Part shown: one piece after another, positions 1-8,842 of the stretch
Position numbering within the stretch: the stretch's first letter is position 1
Layout of the letters: every line of letters starts with the position of its first letter
DNA from: Lentilitoribacter sp.
GTDB taxonomy: Bacteria; Pseudomonadota; Alphaproteobacteria; Rhizobiales; Rhizobiaceae
DNA: 64,000 nt
Reading direction: 5' to 3'
Assembly (NCBI GenBank): GCA_963691785.1
Contig: OY829371.1
Location: forward strand, 795,254-859,253
Notes under the pieces: generated by a model
The model's input: only the letters and a program-made list of their open reading frames with translations
Databases searched by the model: none
What the model was told of the DNA's origin: nothing
Made by a program: the position numbers and the translations under genes

Positions 1-388
1 ATGCAACCGCAACAATGGATTTAATTCCCGGAACCGGCGCACTGTTATTGGCTTGTCGGGCTGCAGGATTGCGCGGTGCAGAAGGTGGTGGTGTTGCAGA
101 TGCTGTCGGACGTTGCGAGCTCGGTGCAGAGCCACCAGCGCGTTCTGCAGTAAAGATGACTGTCGCGCTGGTCACGCCATCCAGCTCTGTCACTGCCTTT
201 TGTGCTGCCAAACGCATGGGTTCAAGCTTCTCAGTTTGGTCAGATGGCACAGTGATCGTGAAAATGACTTTGCTGCCATCAATCATGATTGGGCTCACCA
301 TCCCGAGTGAGACGATATCGCCTTCAAGATCAGGGCCTTTAATAGTCTTAAGGCATTCGATGACTGTTTCTGTAGTTACTTGTGACAT
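1..388 (-). CDS. apbC: Mrp/ApbC (NBP35-family) Fe-S cluster carrier ATPase, N-terminal part; gene runs off the left edge
   Basis: Manual minus-strand translation from ATG at 388: MSQVTTETVIECLKTIKGPDLEGDIVSLGMVS...VPGIKSIVAVA. This is a DUF59-like N-terminus, a Pro/Ala linker and the residues that precede the Walker A motif of Mrp. Not in the ORF track because it is truncated. Confidence 0.85.
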   Translation of the reverse strand, partial: MSQVTTETVIECLKTIKGPDLEGDIVSLGMVSPIMIDGSKVIFTITVPSDQTEKLEPMRLAAQKAVTELDGVTSATVIFTAERAGGSAPSSQRPTASATPPPSAPRNPAARQANNSAPVPGIKSIVAVA

Positions 389-426
389 TTCTTGTCCTGC
401 TGTTTTATGAGTGCGACGGGGCAGTA

Positions 427-795
427 TTAATCGCGGGAAAGCCCTTTGGAGTTCAAGTCCTGAAGATATTCAGACCATCTTGCCTCTTTTTCCTCGATTA
501 ATTGCCGTAGATACGGCCAGTTAAATATGCCAGTATCATGCCCGTCCGAAAAAATAATGCGGATCGCATAACGCCCGACAGGTTCGATATTTGTGATAAG
601 AACATTGCGCTTGCCCACTTGGGTCACTTCTTGCCCTGGGCCATGCCCTTTGACTTCCGCAGAAGGCGATGAGATGCGCAGATATTCAGATGATAACTCG
701 CCTTCCATGCCGTCATGATAAAACAAACGCATAATACCGCGCTCTTTTGAAACGCGAATATCTTTGGGAATATCGTTTGAATTTTGATCGGTCAT
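427..795 (-). CDS. DUF971 family (gamma-butyrobetaine hydroxylase-like N-terminal domain) protein
   Basis: LSSEYLRISSPSAEVKGHG and EPVGRYAIRIIFSDGHDTGIFNWPYL motifs; start moved to MTDQN (ATG 795). Confidence 0.85.
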   Translation of the reverse strand: MTDQNSNDIPKDIRVSKERGIMRLFYHDGMEGELSSEYLRISSPSAEVKGHGPGQEVTQVGKRNVLITNIEPVGRYAIRIIFSDGHDTGIFNWPYLRQLIEEKEARWSEYLQDLNSKGLSRD

Positions 796-979
796 ATCTC
801 GGCGCCTAACAAGCACAATTTTCTTGGTTATTTTGACTACAGTTAGGAGCACAAATGCAGCCTGTCTAGGGTTTAGGTGTGATAAATTTTCAAATGGGTG
901 ATGTGTCGCACCATGAAAATGAAAATAATGCTTGAACGCAACGGTAAATCCAGAGATGTTTGGGCAAAAAAGGGGTCGG

Positions 980-1594
980 ATGAAAATTCTCGGTGCAATC
1001 ATTGCAGGTGGTCAATCCCGCCGTATGGCAGGTGCAAATAAGCTGTTGCTCAAGCTCGACGGTGAGCCTCTTATCGCGCGTGCAGCAAAGAGGCTTGGTG
1101 CACAGACGGCTAAGGTGGTGATCAATGTAAATGATTCTGAACCAATCATTGATGCACTGGGATATGACATTATTAGCGATGAACATGCCGACCATCAGGG
1201 GCCGTTAGCTGGCGTTTTTTCAGTACTCAATTGGGTTAAGCAAAACGATGGCGCAGTTGACTACATCATGACCGCGCCAGCGGATGCGCCATTCTTCCCC
1301 ACAAACCTGGTCGAAACGTTACAAAACGCAATTGGATCCCACGATATCGCAATCGCCCGATATAAAGGTTACTCACAGCAGCTTTTTGGCTTGTGGTCAG
1401 TCGATTGTTTTGATGATTTATCGATTTATCTCGAAAATCCAGATAATCGAAAAGTCATGACATTTATCAGATCAAAAAACTGGGTGCAGGTCGATATCAA
1501 GACACAGGAAATCGATCCATTTATGAATATAAATACGCCTGAAGAATGGGATAAGGCACAACAGATACTCGCTTCAAATGGTGAACTGGAATGA
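980..1594 (+). CDS. mobA: molybdenum cofactor guanylyltransferase
   Basis: IIAGGQSRRM N-terminal motif, GPLAG, PADAPF, FMNINTPEE; overlaps mobB start. Confidence 0.92.
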   Translation: MKILGAIIAGGQSRRMAGANKLLLKLDGEPLIARAAKRLGAQTAKVVINVNDSEPIIDALGYDIISDEHADHQGPLAGVFSVLNWVKQNDGAVDYIMTAPADAPFFPTNLVETLQNAIGSHDIAIARYKGYSQQLFGLWSVDCFDDLSIYLENPDNRKVMTFIRSKNWVQVDIKTQEIDPFMNINTPEEWDKAQQILASNGELE

Positions 1595-2100
1595 CGCAAA
1601 AAGTCTTTGGCATATCAGGATGGAAAAATTCCGGCAAAACAACGCTGACATCGGCCGTCATAAAAGAGCTCACAGCAAGAGGGTTGCGCGTATCCAGCGT
1701 TAAGCATGCCCATCATAATGTCGATGTGGATCAAGAAGGAACCGATAGCTACAAGCACCGCATATCAGGAGCCAGTGAAGTGATGCTCGCTTCGTCAAAA
1801 CGATTTGCGCTCATGCATGAAATTGCGGCAGGCGAAGAAGAGTGGAGCTTAGATCAGTTGCTGGAAAAAATGTCAGCGGTAGATCTCATACTGGTGGAAG
1901 GTTTCAAGTCCTCAAATATCCCCAAAATCCAAACGATCCGCAAAGCCAGTCTCGATAATGAGGGTAGGGGGCAGATGAACAATATCGTAGCTTATGCTGC
2001 AGATATGCCGATTGAAACGGATTTACCTATCCTTGACATCGATGATGTGGTGAAAGTTGCAGACTTTATTATCGAGTATTTGAATATAAATGTAAGTTAG
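1591..2100 (+). CDS. mobB: molybdopterin-guanine dinucleotide biosynthesis protein B
   Basis: GWKNSGKTT P-loop, SVKHAHH, GTDSYKH, LVEGFK. Confidence 0.93.
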   Translation: MTQKVFGISGWKNSGKTTLTSAVIKELTARGLRVSSVKHAHHNVDVDQEGTDSYKHRISGASEVMLASSKRFALMHEIAAGEEEWSLDQLLEKMSAVDLILVEGFKSSNIPKIQTIRKASLDNEGRGQMNNIVAYAADMPIETDLPILDIDDVVKVADFIIEYLNINVS

Positions 2101-2109
2101 TACTTACAT

Positions 2110-3231
2110 TTAGTATTTGCACAATGACTCGCCGGATACATCATTGATGTCATTCAGTCCTAATTGTGCGAGCGCGATACTAATGTCTGATGCAACATTA
2201 CCCGTATATTCTGTAAGTCCTTGCTTACCATTAGCCGCAATTGCGTAGGAGAATGGGCGTCCAAGGAAGGCGTAATTAGCCCCAAAAGCGTAAGATTTGA
2301 CGATATCTTCGCCGGAACGTAGACCGCTATCGAAAAATAACGGATAATCATTGCCAACCATGCGTCTGATTTCGCGCAGTGCCAAAATAGGGGCAGGGGC
2401 GCTATCCAGTTGACGTCCACCATGGCTGGAAACTTGAATAGCATCAACGCCAGCATCTTTCAGTTTCACCGCATCGCGCGGGTCCATCACACCTTTAACG
2501 ACGAGATTGCCTTGCCATTTATCGCGAATATCTTGAAGCAGGTTCCAATCAGCACCCGCACGGCTGCTTGTGCGATCAAATTCACCAAATTTTCCGCCGA
2601 AATTCGCTAATTCAGGTTTGCCATGAAACAGGGTCGACAGCGACCATTGCGGATGTAGCGCAAAATCTATGAATTGCGGCACGCCGATTTTAAATGGCAT
2701 TTTAAACCCACGGCGTAATTCACGTGGTCTGCGGCCAACTTCTGGCACATCTACAGTTAAGATAAGTGTCTGATAATCAGCGGCTTTCGCGCGATCAATC
2801 AGCTTAAACGAATCCTCTTTATTGCCGCTGAAATAAAGCTGAAACCATGCATTGCCTTCGGACATTTCCGCCATGTCTTCAAGTGATGTGGAGGCAGCGG
2901 TTGATACGCCAACAGGGACATTATTTTCCGCTGCAAATTGCGCGAGCAACTTATCCGCATCATGGCGCGCAAGGTTACACATACCCATCGGGCTGACGCC
3001 AAAGGGTAGGCCCATCTCTTGGCCAAAGAGTTTTGTTTTAATGTTGCGTTCAACGACATTGTTGAGAATGCGTGGTTGAAGACGAATTTTTGCAATCTCG
3101 TCGCGATTATATTGCTCACCGGTTTCTGTACCCGCTGCACCATCAATATAATCAAATACCATCCATGGGAGGCGCTTCTTAGCTAAGCGCCTCGCATCTT
3201 CATAAGAATGTATTCCATTATTGAGAAGCAT
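2110..3231 (-). CDS. FMN-dependent alpha-hydroxy-acid dehydrogenase (LldD family); by context a probable sulfolactate dehydrogenase (SlcD-like)
   Basis: FDYIDGAAG, LTVDVP, VVKGV, VSSHGGRQLD, DSGLRSGEDIVK motifs; directly downstream of comDE on the same strand. Confidence 0.85.
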   Translation of the reverse strand: MLLNNGIHSYEDARRLAKKRLPWMVFDYIDGAAGTETGEQYNRDEIAKIRLQPRILNNVVERNIKTKLFGQEMGLPFGVSPMGMCNLARHDADKLLAQFAAENNVPVGVSTAASTSLEDMAEMSEGNAWFQLYFSGNKEDSFKLIDRAKAADYQTLILTVDVPEVGRRPRELRRGFKMPFKIGVPQFIDFALHPQWSLSTLFHGKPELANFGGKFGEFDRTSSRAGADWNLLQDIRDKWQGNLVVKGVMDPRDAVKLKDAGVDAIQVSSHGGRQLDSAPAPILALREIRRMVGNDYPLFFDSGLRSGEDIVKSYAFGANYAFLGRPFSYAIAANGKQGLTEYTGNVASDISIALAQLGLNDINDVSGESLCKY

Positions 3232-3293
3232 TGATAAATCTCCTATGTAAGTAGTTAGTTACATAAGGCGCGAAAAATGCCTCAAACCAAGGA

Positions 3294-3857
3294 TTAGGCG
3301 TTGCGTTCAGCAACCGTTTTCATAAAGCGGTCGCGAATTACAACAGGATCCATGGTGATCACAGGAACTTTGATATTGCCGGATTCACACTTGCTGACAA
3401 TGATGGTCATCTTATCGCCATCCAACGCATCTTGAACGACTTGCGCTGTTTCTTCAGCAGAACATTCAATCACGTTTTCACAGCCACAGGCTTTTGCAAC
3501 AGCAGTCAGCGATGTTTTCTTGCCAGCATAAGTCGGCTGATCACCAGTTGAACCATAGCTACCATTATCGATGATCAAGAGGATGAAGTTATCAGCCACA
3601 TTGTTCGCAATCGTCGGCAAAGTACCGAAATTGGTCAAAACTGAGCCGTCACCATCAATTGAGATGACTTTTTCTTTTTGCGCAAGTGCAAGACCAAGAC
3701 CGATAGAAGATGAAAGACCCATCGTACCAAGCATGTAGAAATTGCTTGGTTGATCATCCATCAAATGCAATTCCTGGCTTGGAAGACCAATGTTACAAAC
3801 AACAAGCTGGTCGGAAATGATTGGCATAAGTTCTTTAAGTACGTCTGAGCGGATCAT
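3294..3857 (-). CDS. comE: sulfopyruvate decarboxylase beta subunit
   Basis: ThDP motif GDGS...IIDN, FYMLGTMGLSSSIGLG; start MIRSD (ATG 3857) one base after the comD stop. Confidence 0.9.
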   Translation of the reverse strand: MIRSDVLKELMPIISDQLVVCNIGLPSQELHLMDDQPSNFYMLGTMGLSSSIGLGLALAQKEKVISIDGDGSVLTNFGTLPTIANNVADNFILLIIDNGSYGSTGDQPTYAGKKTSLTAVAKACGCENVIECSAEETAQVVQDALDGDKMTIIVSKCESGNIKVPVITMDPVVIRDRFMKTVAERNA

Positions 3858-3858
3858 A

Positions 3859-4356
3859 TTAGTATCCTTTCCAGAATGAAGCATCAGTAAGGATGGCCAC
3901 AGGCTTGTTGCACATGAAGGTGTATTTCAAAATTTTATCGAGCTCTTCAACATCGTCTTCGTGGTGGAAGTGATAAGTTGGAATATTAAGTTGCGCGAGT
4001 AGTGCTTTTGTGTGCACAGCCATTTCCACCTGACATGCAACGGGTTCGCCAAGTTCACCACGATAGGAGATCAACATTGGCAACGGCATGCGGTAATATT
4101 GTGTCAGCGTTACAAGCGTATTGACTGTCACGCCAATCGCAGTGTTTTGCATGATGATAGCGGGACGTTTGCCGCCCATATAAGCACCAGCACAAAGGCC
4201 CATGCCTTCGTCTTCTTTATTGGCAGGAATGTGATAGATGTCATCACTTTCCTCGATTTTATCAATAACGCCAGCCAATTGCTTACATGGCACTGTCGTT
4301 ACAAAATTGACATCGTTGGCAACGAGGTCTGCAACTATTTTATCATTTACTGACAC
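3859..4356 (-). CDS. comD: sulfopyruvate decarboxylase alpha subunit
   Basis: TVPCKQL, KEDEGMGLCAGAYMGG, MQNTAIG motifs; GTG start. Confidence 0.9.
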   Translation of the reverse strand: MSVNDKIVADLVANDVNFVTTVPCKQLAGVIDKIEESDDIYHIPANKEDEGMGLCAGAYMGGKRPAIIMQNTAIGVTVNTLVTLTQYYRMPLPMLISYRGELGEPVACQVEMAVHTKALLAQLNIPTYHFHHEDDVEELDKILKYTFMCNKPVAILTDASFWKGY

Positions 4357-4456
4357 GGGATTCAGCTCCTATTTGGTGAGGTTAGAGCTGTTATTATATA
4401 AAAATAAATTTAATTCAAGGCAAAGATATTTGACAATAAGTAAAGAAAAATTTTAC

Positions 4457-5356
4457 TTAACTGTTGGTCTTTTCAGCCAATACAATATGTTCAATCGTAT
4501 TGAGTAATCTATCGATTAAAGTTGATTTCGAGCTGTTTTTGCGTGCCAGAATGCCTAAAATACGCCCCATAGACTGATCATCGCTTTGTGCATCCAACGG
4601 GATCTTGCGTAAGGTTTTAAAAATCGGATCTGGCACACACATATTGGGTGAGATTGAAACACCAAGATTATGTGAGATCATGCTGCTAAGCGTTTCAAGT
4701 GATTCCATTTCCATAGAAGGGCGCACAGAGATATTGTTCTTAATCAACCAATCTTCGGCCAAATGGCTGATTGAGGCGCGTCGTGACTGGCTAATATAGG
4801 GCATGGACTGCATGAGTTTAACCGGATCACTTTCTGTAACCTCAGGCGCTGTGAGCAAAACCAGCTCTTCTTCTACAAAGGGGCGCCAATCCATATGCGC
4901 GCCCACATGGGTGGGCATGGCAATCACCGCAGCGTCGATTGCGCCGCGTTCAAGTTGTTCATGCAGATCTTCAGATAGTCCCGGTACAACGCGAATATGC
5001 AGCTCTGGATAAGTTTCAATCAGTTTTTTGATCGACCGGGGGATCAGTTCCCGAATAACTGATGGCACGGCGCCAATGATCAGTTCACCATGTAATTGTG
5101 CAGTTCCGACAATATCATCAAGCATATTGTCATAGGCAAACACCACTTCTCGGGCTTTTGGGACCAATGCTTTGCCAAGCGCATTGAGTTGTGGCGACTT
5201 TTGCGATCGGTCAAACAATTCCACCTGCAGCTGATCTTCAAGCCGCTTCATCTGTTGCCCAACAGCGGCATGGGAGACATAAACTTTCTCTGCCGCAGCA
5301 CTGAAGCTTCCATGATCTGCAATGGCGATCAGAGTTTTTAAAAGTGAGATGGACAG
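4457..5356 (-). CDS. LysR family regulator; the HTH extends upstream of the tracked ORF and appears to start at CTG
   Basis: In-frame upstream translation (L/M)SISLLKTLIAIADHGSFSAAAEKVYVSHAAVGQQMKRLE is a complete LysR HTH. An in-frame TGA lies 4 codons above CTG 5356, and GAGGT is 6 nt upstream. Confidence 0.85.
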   Translation of the reverse strand: MSISLLKTLIAIADHGSFSAAAEKVYVSHAAVGQQMKRLEDQLQVELFDRSQKSPQLNALGKALVPKAREVVFAYDNMLDDIVGTAQLHGELIIGAVPSVIRELIPRSIKKLIETYPELHIRVVPGLSEDLHEQLERGAIDAAVIAMPTHVGAHMDWRPFVEEELVLLTAPEVTESDPVKLMQSMPYISQSRRASISHLAEDWLIKNNISVRPSMEMESLETLSSMISHNLGVSISPNMCVPDPIFKTLRKIPLDAQSDDQSMGRILGILARKNSSKSTLIDRLLNTIEHIVLAEKTNS

Positions 5357-5385
5357 ATCAAGACCTCAATCTTTGAGCGTGGAAC

Positions 5386-6180
5386 TTAGATGTCCAGCTT
5401 AACTTGATCTGCCACTTCTTTCAAACGACTTTCTGTTTCTTCGCCGATCACCAAATATTGTCCATCACCTTTGGACCAAGACAAGATATCAAATCCGTTG
5501 ATTGTATTTGATTTAGTTTCATCAGATCCCATCATTGAGCCTGAATTGCTTTGGAAACAGATTGCAATCACCGAACCTTCTTGATCCTTATACATAAGCT
5601 GAGCAACCGGTTTGCCTTTGACCACGAGCAATCTTGCACCCTGAAATTCAAATCCGGAATTGGTAATATCCGGAATTGAGAATGGCAAACCGGTTGTCTT
5701 GCTCAACCAGCCGACAATATGATCGGATTCATCCGCACCAACTTCCACCAAATGGCGTTTTTGTTGCGCATAAATACCATGGTAATCGGCGACATGATGC
5801 AGCCAACCGGTCGTTTGCGCGACGGTAATTTCTGGTTGATTGGTTTCATTATAGACAAAACCGCCAATGCCACCTGCAATCAACAACAAGAGACCAGCCG
5901 CCATCGAACGGAAACTGAAATTATTGTTCGCCGCTGCCGGTAAATGCTTCAAACTTGGTTTTAATTGCGCATTTTCGATCATTTGAACCAGATGCACAGG
6001 TGTTTTGTTGTCTAAAAAATTATCAAATTCGGTCAGCGCATGGTCATTTGCTAGAGCAAGTCTTTCAAATTCTTCCGAAACCGATGGGTCGGTTTCGATG
6101 AGATAACGAATTTCTTCAAGCTCATTTTCAGGCAATTCTTGATCAAGATATGCACTTAATTTTAAAGATATATCTCTCAT
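5386..6180 (-). CDS. transmembrane anti-sigma factor
   Basis: LSAYLDQEL N-terminus, single TM (MAAGLLLLIAGGIGGFVY), periplasmic domain with GARLL and AQLMY motifs; overlaps the ECF stop. Confidence 0.85.
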   Translation of the reverse strand: MRDISLKLSAYLDQELPENELEEIRYLIETDPSVSEEFERLALANDHALTEFDNFLDNKTPVHLVQMIENAQLKPSLKHLPAAANNNFSFRSMAAGLLLLIAGGIGGFVYNETNQPEITVAQTTGWLHHVADYHGIYAQQKRHLVEVGADESDHIVGWLSKTTGLPFSIPDITNSGFEFQGARLLVVKGKPVAQLMYKDQEGSVIAICFQSNSGSMMGSDETKSNTINGFDILSWSKGDGQYLVIGEETESRLKEVADQVKLDI

Positions 6181-6683
6181 GTCACTTCTTCCCTTGGTGT
6201 AAGGGTTTCGCTGATATTTTTTCGCGCCCTGTGGATGCGGCTCATAACCGTGCCGACGGGGATATCCATGGCTTGAGCTGCTTCTTTATAGGTAAAGCCT
6301 TCCTTGGCAACCAAAAGTAAGGTTTGCGATAATTCACTTGGCAAGCTCATAACAAGGCCGCTGATCTGGTGCGCAAATAGAGTCTCATCCACATCTTTAT
6401 TATCACTCAGATCATGTGCATCCTCGATTTGCATCTGCCCGGCTCCTTGTCTTACCTTTCGTTTACGCTGTTCACTGATCCAGGTATTTCTCATAACCGT
6501 GAAAGCCCAGCGATCCAGCGGTTGGCTGGAATCGTATTTGTCCCATTTCGCAAGCGCCTGCGTGCAGGTTTCTTGCAAAAGATCGTCAGCATCAGATGAT
6601 GATCGCGTGAGCGTTAAGGCATATCTTCGCAGCCTCGGCAAAAGCGCAACCATCCTGGCCTTAAATTCGTGTGGTGTTACCAA
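6177..6683 (-). CDS. ECF (sigma-70 group IV) RNA polymerase sigma factor
   Basis: LRRYALTLT, DADDLLQET, WAFTVMRN (region 2), GTVMSRIHRAR (region 4). Confidence 0.92.
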   Translation of the reverse strand: MVTPHEFKARMVALLPRLRRYALTLTRSSSDADDLLQETCTQALAKWDKYDSSQPLDRWAFTVMRNTWISEQRKRKVRQGAGQMQIEDAHDLSDNKDVDETLFAHQISGLVMSLPSELSQTLLLVAKEGFTYKEAAQAMDIPVGTVMSRIHRARKNISETLTPREEVT

Positions 6684-6919
6684 ATCAACTCACTACCAAC
6701 TTTGTTTCCCAACTTAATTTCTTTTGCCAAACTTTGATTTTTTCGCTTCAAAACTTGGCGTTCATTCCTATTACGCACCAAGTTTGAGATATATTCACAG
6801 AAAGGTGAAATAAAAAAAATTTGTTTTTGTGAATAAAAACCAAACCCAAGGCGTAATCCTTTCGTACCACGAATAAGAACACATTTTTTTCACGTTACAA
6901 AACCACAAAGGAACATATC

Positions 6920-7459
6920 ATGATGAAAGCAGTTACAATCGCCCTAGCCCTTACAATTCCAGCTTCTTTTGCGTTGGCAGCAGGATCAAGCAGCGACGAG
7001 CCACCGAAAAAAACGAAGACCTCTATGGAATGCAAAGACGGTAAGGTTTGGGATAAGAAAATGAAAAAATGTCTTGATGCAAAAAGTTCTTTGCTCACAG
7101 ACGATGCCCGCTATGAAGCCGTTCGCGAGCTGGCTTATGCTGGTCAATATCAAAATGCACAAACTATCCTTGCTTCTATGTCTGACCAATCAGACACACG
7201 TGTTCTCACATATTACGGCTTCACTCACCGTAAAGCAGGCAATGTAGATCTTGGCATGGCATACTACCAAAAAGCACTTGCAGCTGATCCAAACAATCTG
7301 CTTGCACGCTCATATATGGGCCAAGGTCTTGTTGCGCAGGGCGATAAAGCAGCCGCGCGTTTGCAATTGGTTGAAATCAATGCACGTGGCGGCAAAGGCA
7401 CATGGCCGGAAGTTGCTCTTGCCAATGCGATCAAGAGTGGCAAAGGCTATAGCTACTAA
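6920..7459 (+). CDS. secreted tetratricopeptide-repeat protein
   Basis: Signal peptide, Cys pair (MECKDG...KKC), TPR-like helices (LTYYGFTHRKAG, YYQKALAADPNNLLARSYMGQG); divergent from the ECF gene. Confidence 0.75.
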   Translation: MMKAVTIALALTIPASFALAAGSSSDEPPKKTKTSMECKDGKVWDKKMKKCLDAKSSLLTDDARYEAVRELAYAGQYQNAQTILASMSDQSDTRVLTYYGFTHRKAGNVDLGMAYYQKALAADPNNLLARSYMGQGLVAQGDKAAARLQLVEINARGGKGTWPEVALANAIKSGKGYSY

Positions 7460-7481
7460 GAATATCTAAAAACTAAATGAG

Positions 7482-7508
7482 AAGGCGGGTCGCACGATCC
7501 GCCTTTTT
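7482..7508 (+). terminator. intrinsic terminator hairpin
   Basis: AAGGCGGGTC-GCAC-GATCCGCCTT followed by a T-run, between convergent genes. Confidence 0.75.
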
Positions 7509-7791
7509 ATATGCGCGTGAAAATTTGCACTTTTTTATCAGCAATCATGTCTGCGACTGCAGCATCAAACTCTTTGAAATGTGTTGCAGCTAAATGAGCC
7601 TTAAACGCAGCTTCATCGTCATAAAGCTCATAGAGGAAAACGCATCTAGGATCGCTCTCGTCGATACACACATCAAATTGCCGACACTGTTCTTCCTCGG
7701 CCAATGATGCTTTTGCATTTCTGGTCATTAAGGGCATGAACTGATCAATGCATTCATCTTTTATCAGAAACGTGACACAAACCACATACAT
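7507..7791 (-). CDS. ABM/putative quinol monooxygenase (LsrG-like) protein
   Basis: MYVVCVTF, EEQCRQFDV, VFLYELYDDEAAFKAHLAATHF. Confidence 0.8.
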   Translation of the reverse strand: MYVVCVTFLIKDECIDQFMPLMTRNAKASLAEEEQCRQFDVCIDESDPRCVFLYELYDDEAAFKAHLAATHFKEFDAAVADMIADKKVQIFTRI

Positions 7792-7813
7792 ATTATCTGT
7801 CCTTGTAATCGAT

Positions 7814-8842
7814 CTAAAGATCAACGCGTCTGGCTTGTTCAGCCGATTGATAGGTGGCTTCGCTTGCTTTGATAACGGCTAGATAGTCATGGGCTTCGTT
7901 TTCAAACTCACCCTGACCATTAGCCGCCAATAAAATATGCTTGCAAAGCGCTTTCACGCAGCCACCACCAAAAGCGTTTCGATCCATTTCCAGCGAAATC
8001 GGAATAGTTTTTGAAACCAAAGAACCAAATGGTCGAAAGGTAATTTCACCCAATCCGTTTAGGTCTATCGTGCCTTTTTCGCCTTCGATCTGCATCACAC
8101 CCATGGTCCGGCGCAAATTATCTGTTGGGTGATCAGACAAGCGATTGCCATCAATAATGGACTGGCTGCCATTCTCATGGTTCATGATCACGATGCCACA
8201 ATCTTCTCCAGCGATCACCGGGTTTAGCTTTCGAATATCTGCATAGACGTTTTTAATCTCCCCAGACATCCAGCGAAAGAGATCAATGAAATGTACACCC
8301 GTCTCATGGATGAGCAGTCTCGGCATTTTTTGAAAAGCAGGTTGCCTTGAAAGATAAGCATCTGGTCCGCGGCCATCGCCTGGCCGTAAATAATATCTGG
8401 CCTGATAAATCTCACCCAAGCCACCATCATCAATGAAAGTTTTGATCGTGCGATACCATGGTTGGAAACGAAAGTTTTCGTGAATGAAAATTCGACATCC
8501 ACGTTCATTGGCAAGCGCAATCGCCTCTTCGGCTTGTTCAACGCTTAGACAAAACGGTTTTTGACAAATGATGATTTTATCTTTTGCTGCAAGCTTTTTA
8601 ATAAGATCAAAATGCGACGGAGGCGGTGTGACGATATCTATTATGTCTGGGTCGGATGCCACCACATCTGCCGCATCATCTGTTGCAATAAGACCGTATT
8701 TTTCGTTCGCCCAGGCGCGACGTTCTGCGGAAAAATCTGAAAGCGCGACAAGACGCGAACCTTTAAGTTCTGTCCAGGCATCTAAATGAAACTCGGCGAA
8801 ATAACCGAGGCCAACGACAGCGACTTTCAATTCACCACTCAT
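7814..8842 (-). CDS. Gfo/Idh/MocA family oxidoreductase
   Basis: GLGYFA Rossmann motif, CQKPF, HENFRF, ETGVHFIDL. Confidence 0.88.
   Translation of the reverse strand: MSGELKVAVVGLGYFAEFHLDAWTELKGSRLVALSDFSAERRAWANEKYGLIATDDAADVVASDPDIIDIVTPPPSHFDLIKKLAAKDKIIICQKPFCLSVEQAEEAIALANERGCRIFIHENFRFQPWYRTIKTFIDDGGLGEIYQARYYLRPGDGRGPDAYLSRQPAFQKMPRLLIHETGVHFIDLFRWMSGEIKNVYADIRKLNPVIAGEDCGIVIMNHENGSQSIIDGNRLSDHPTDNLRRTMGVMQIEGEKGTIDLNGLGEITFRPFGSLVSKTIPISLEMDRNAFGGGCVKALCKHILLAANGQGEFENEAHDYLAVIKASEATYQSAEQARRVDL

Noticed and set aside
15-410. Plus-strand ORFs 15..410 and 53..310
   Set aside because: Antisense shadows of the minus-strand mrp/apbC gene
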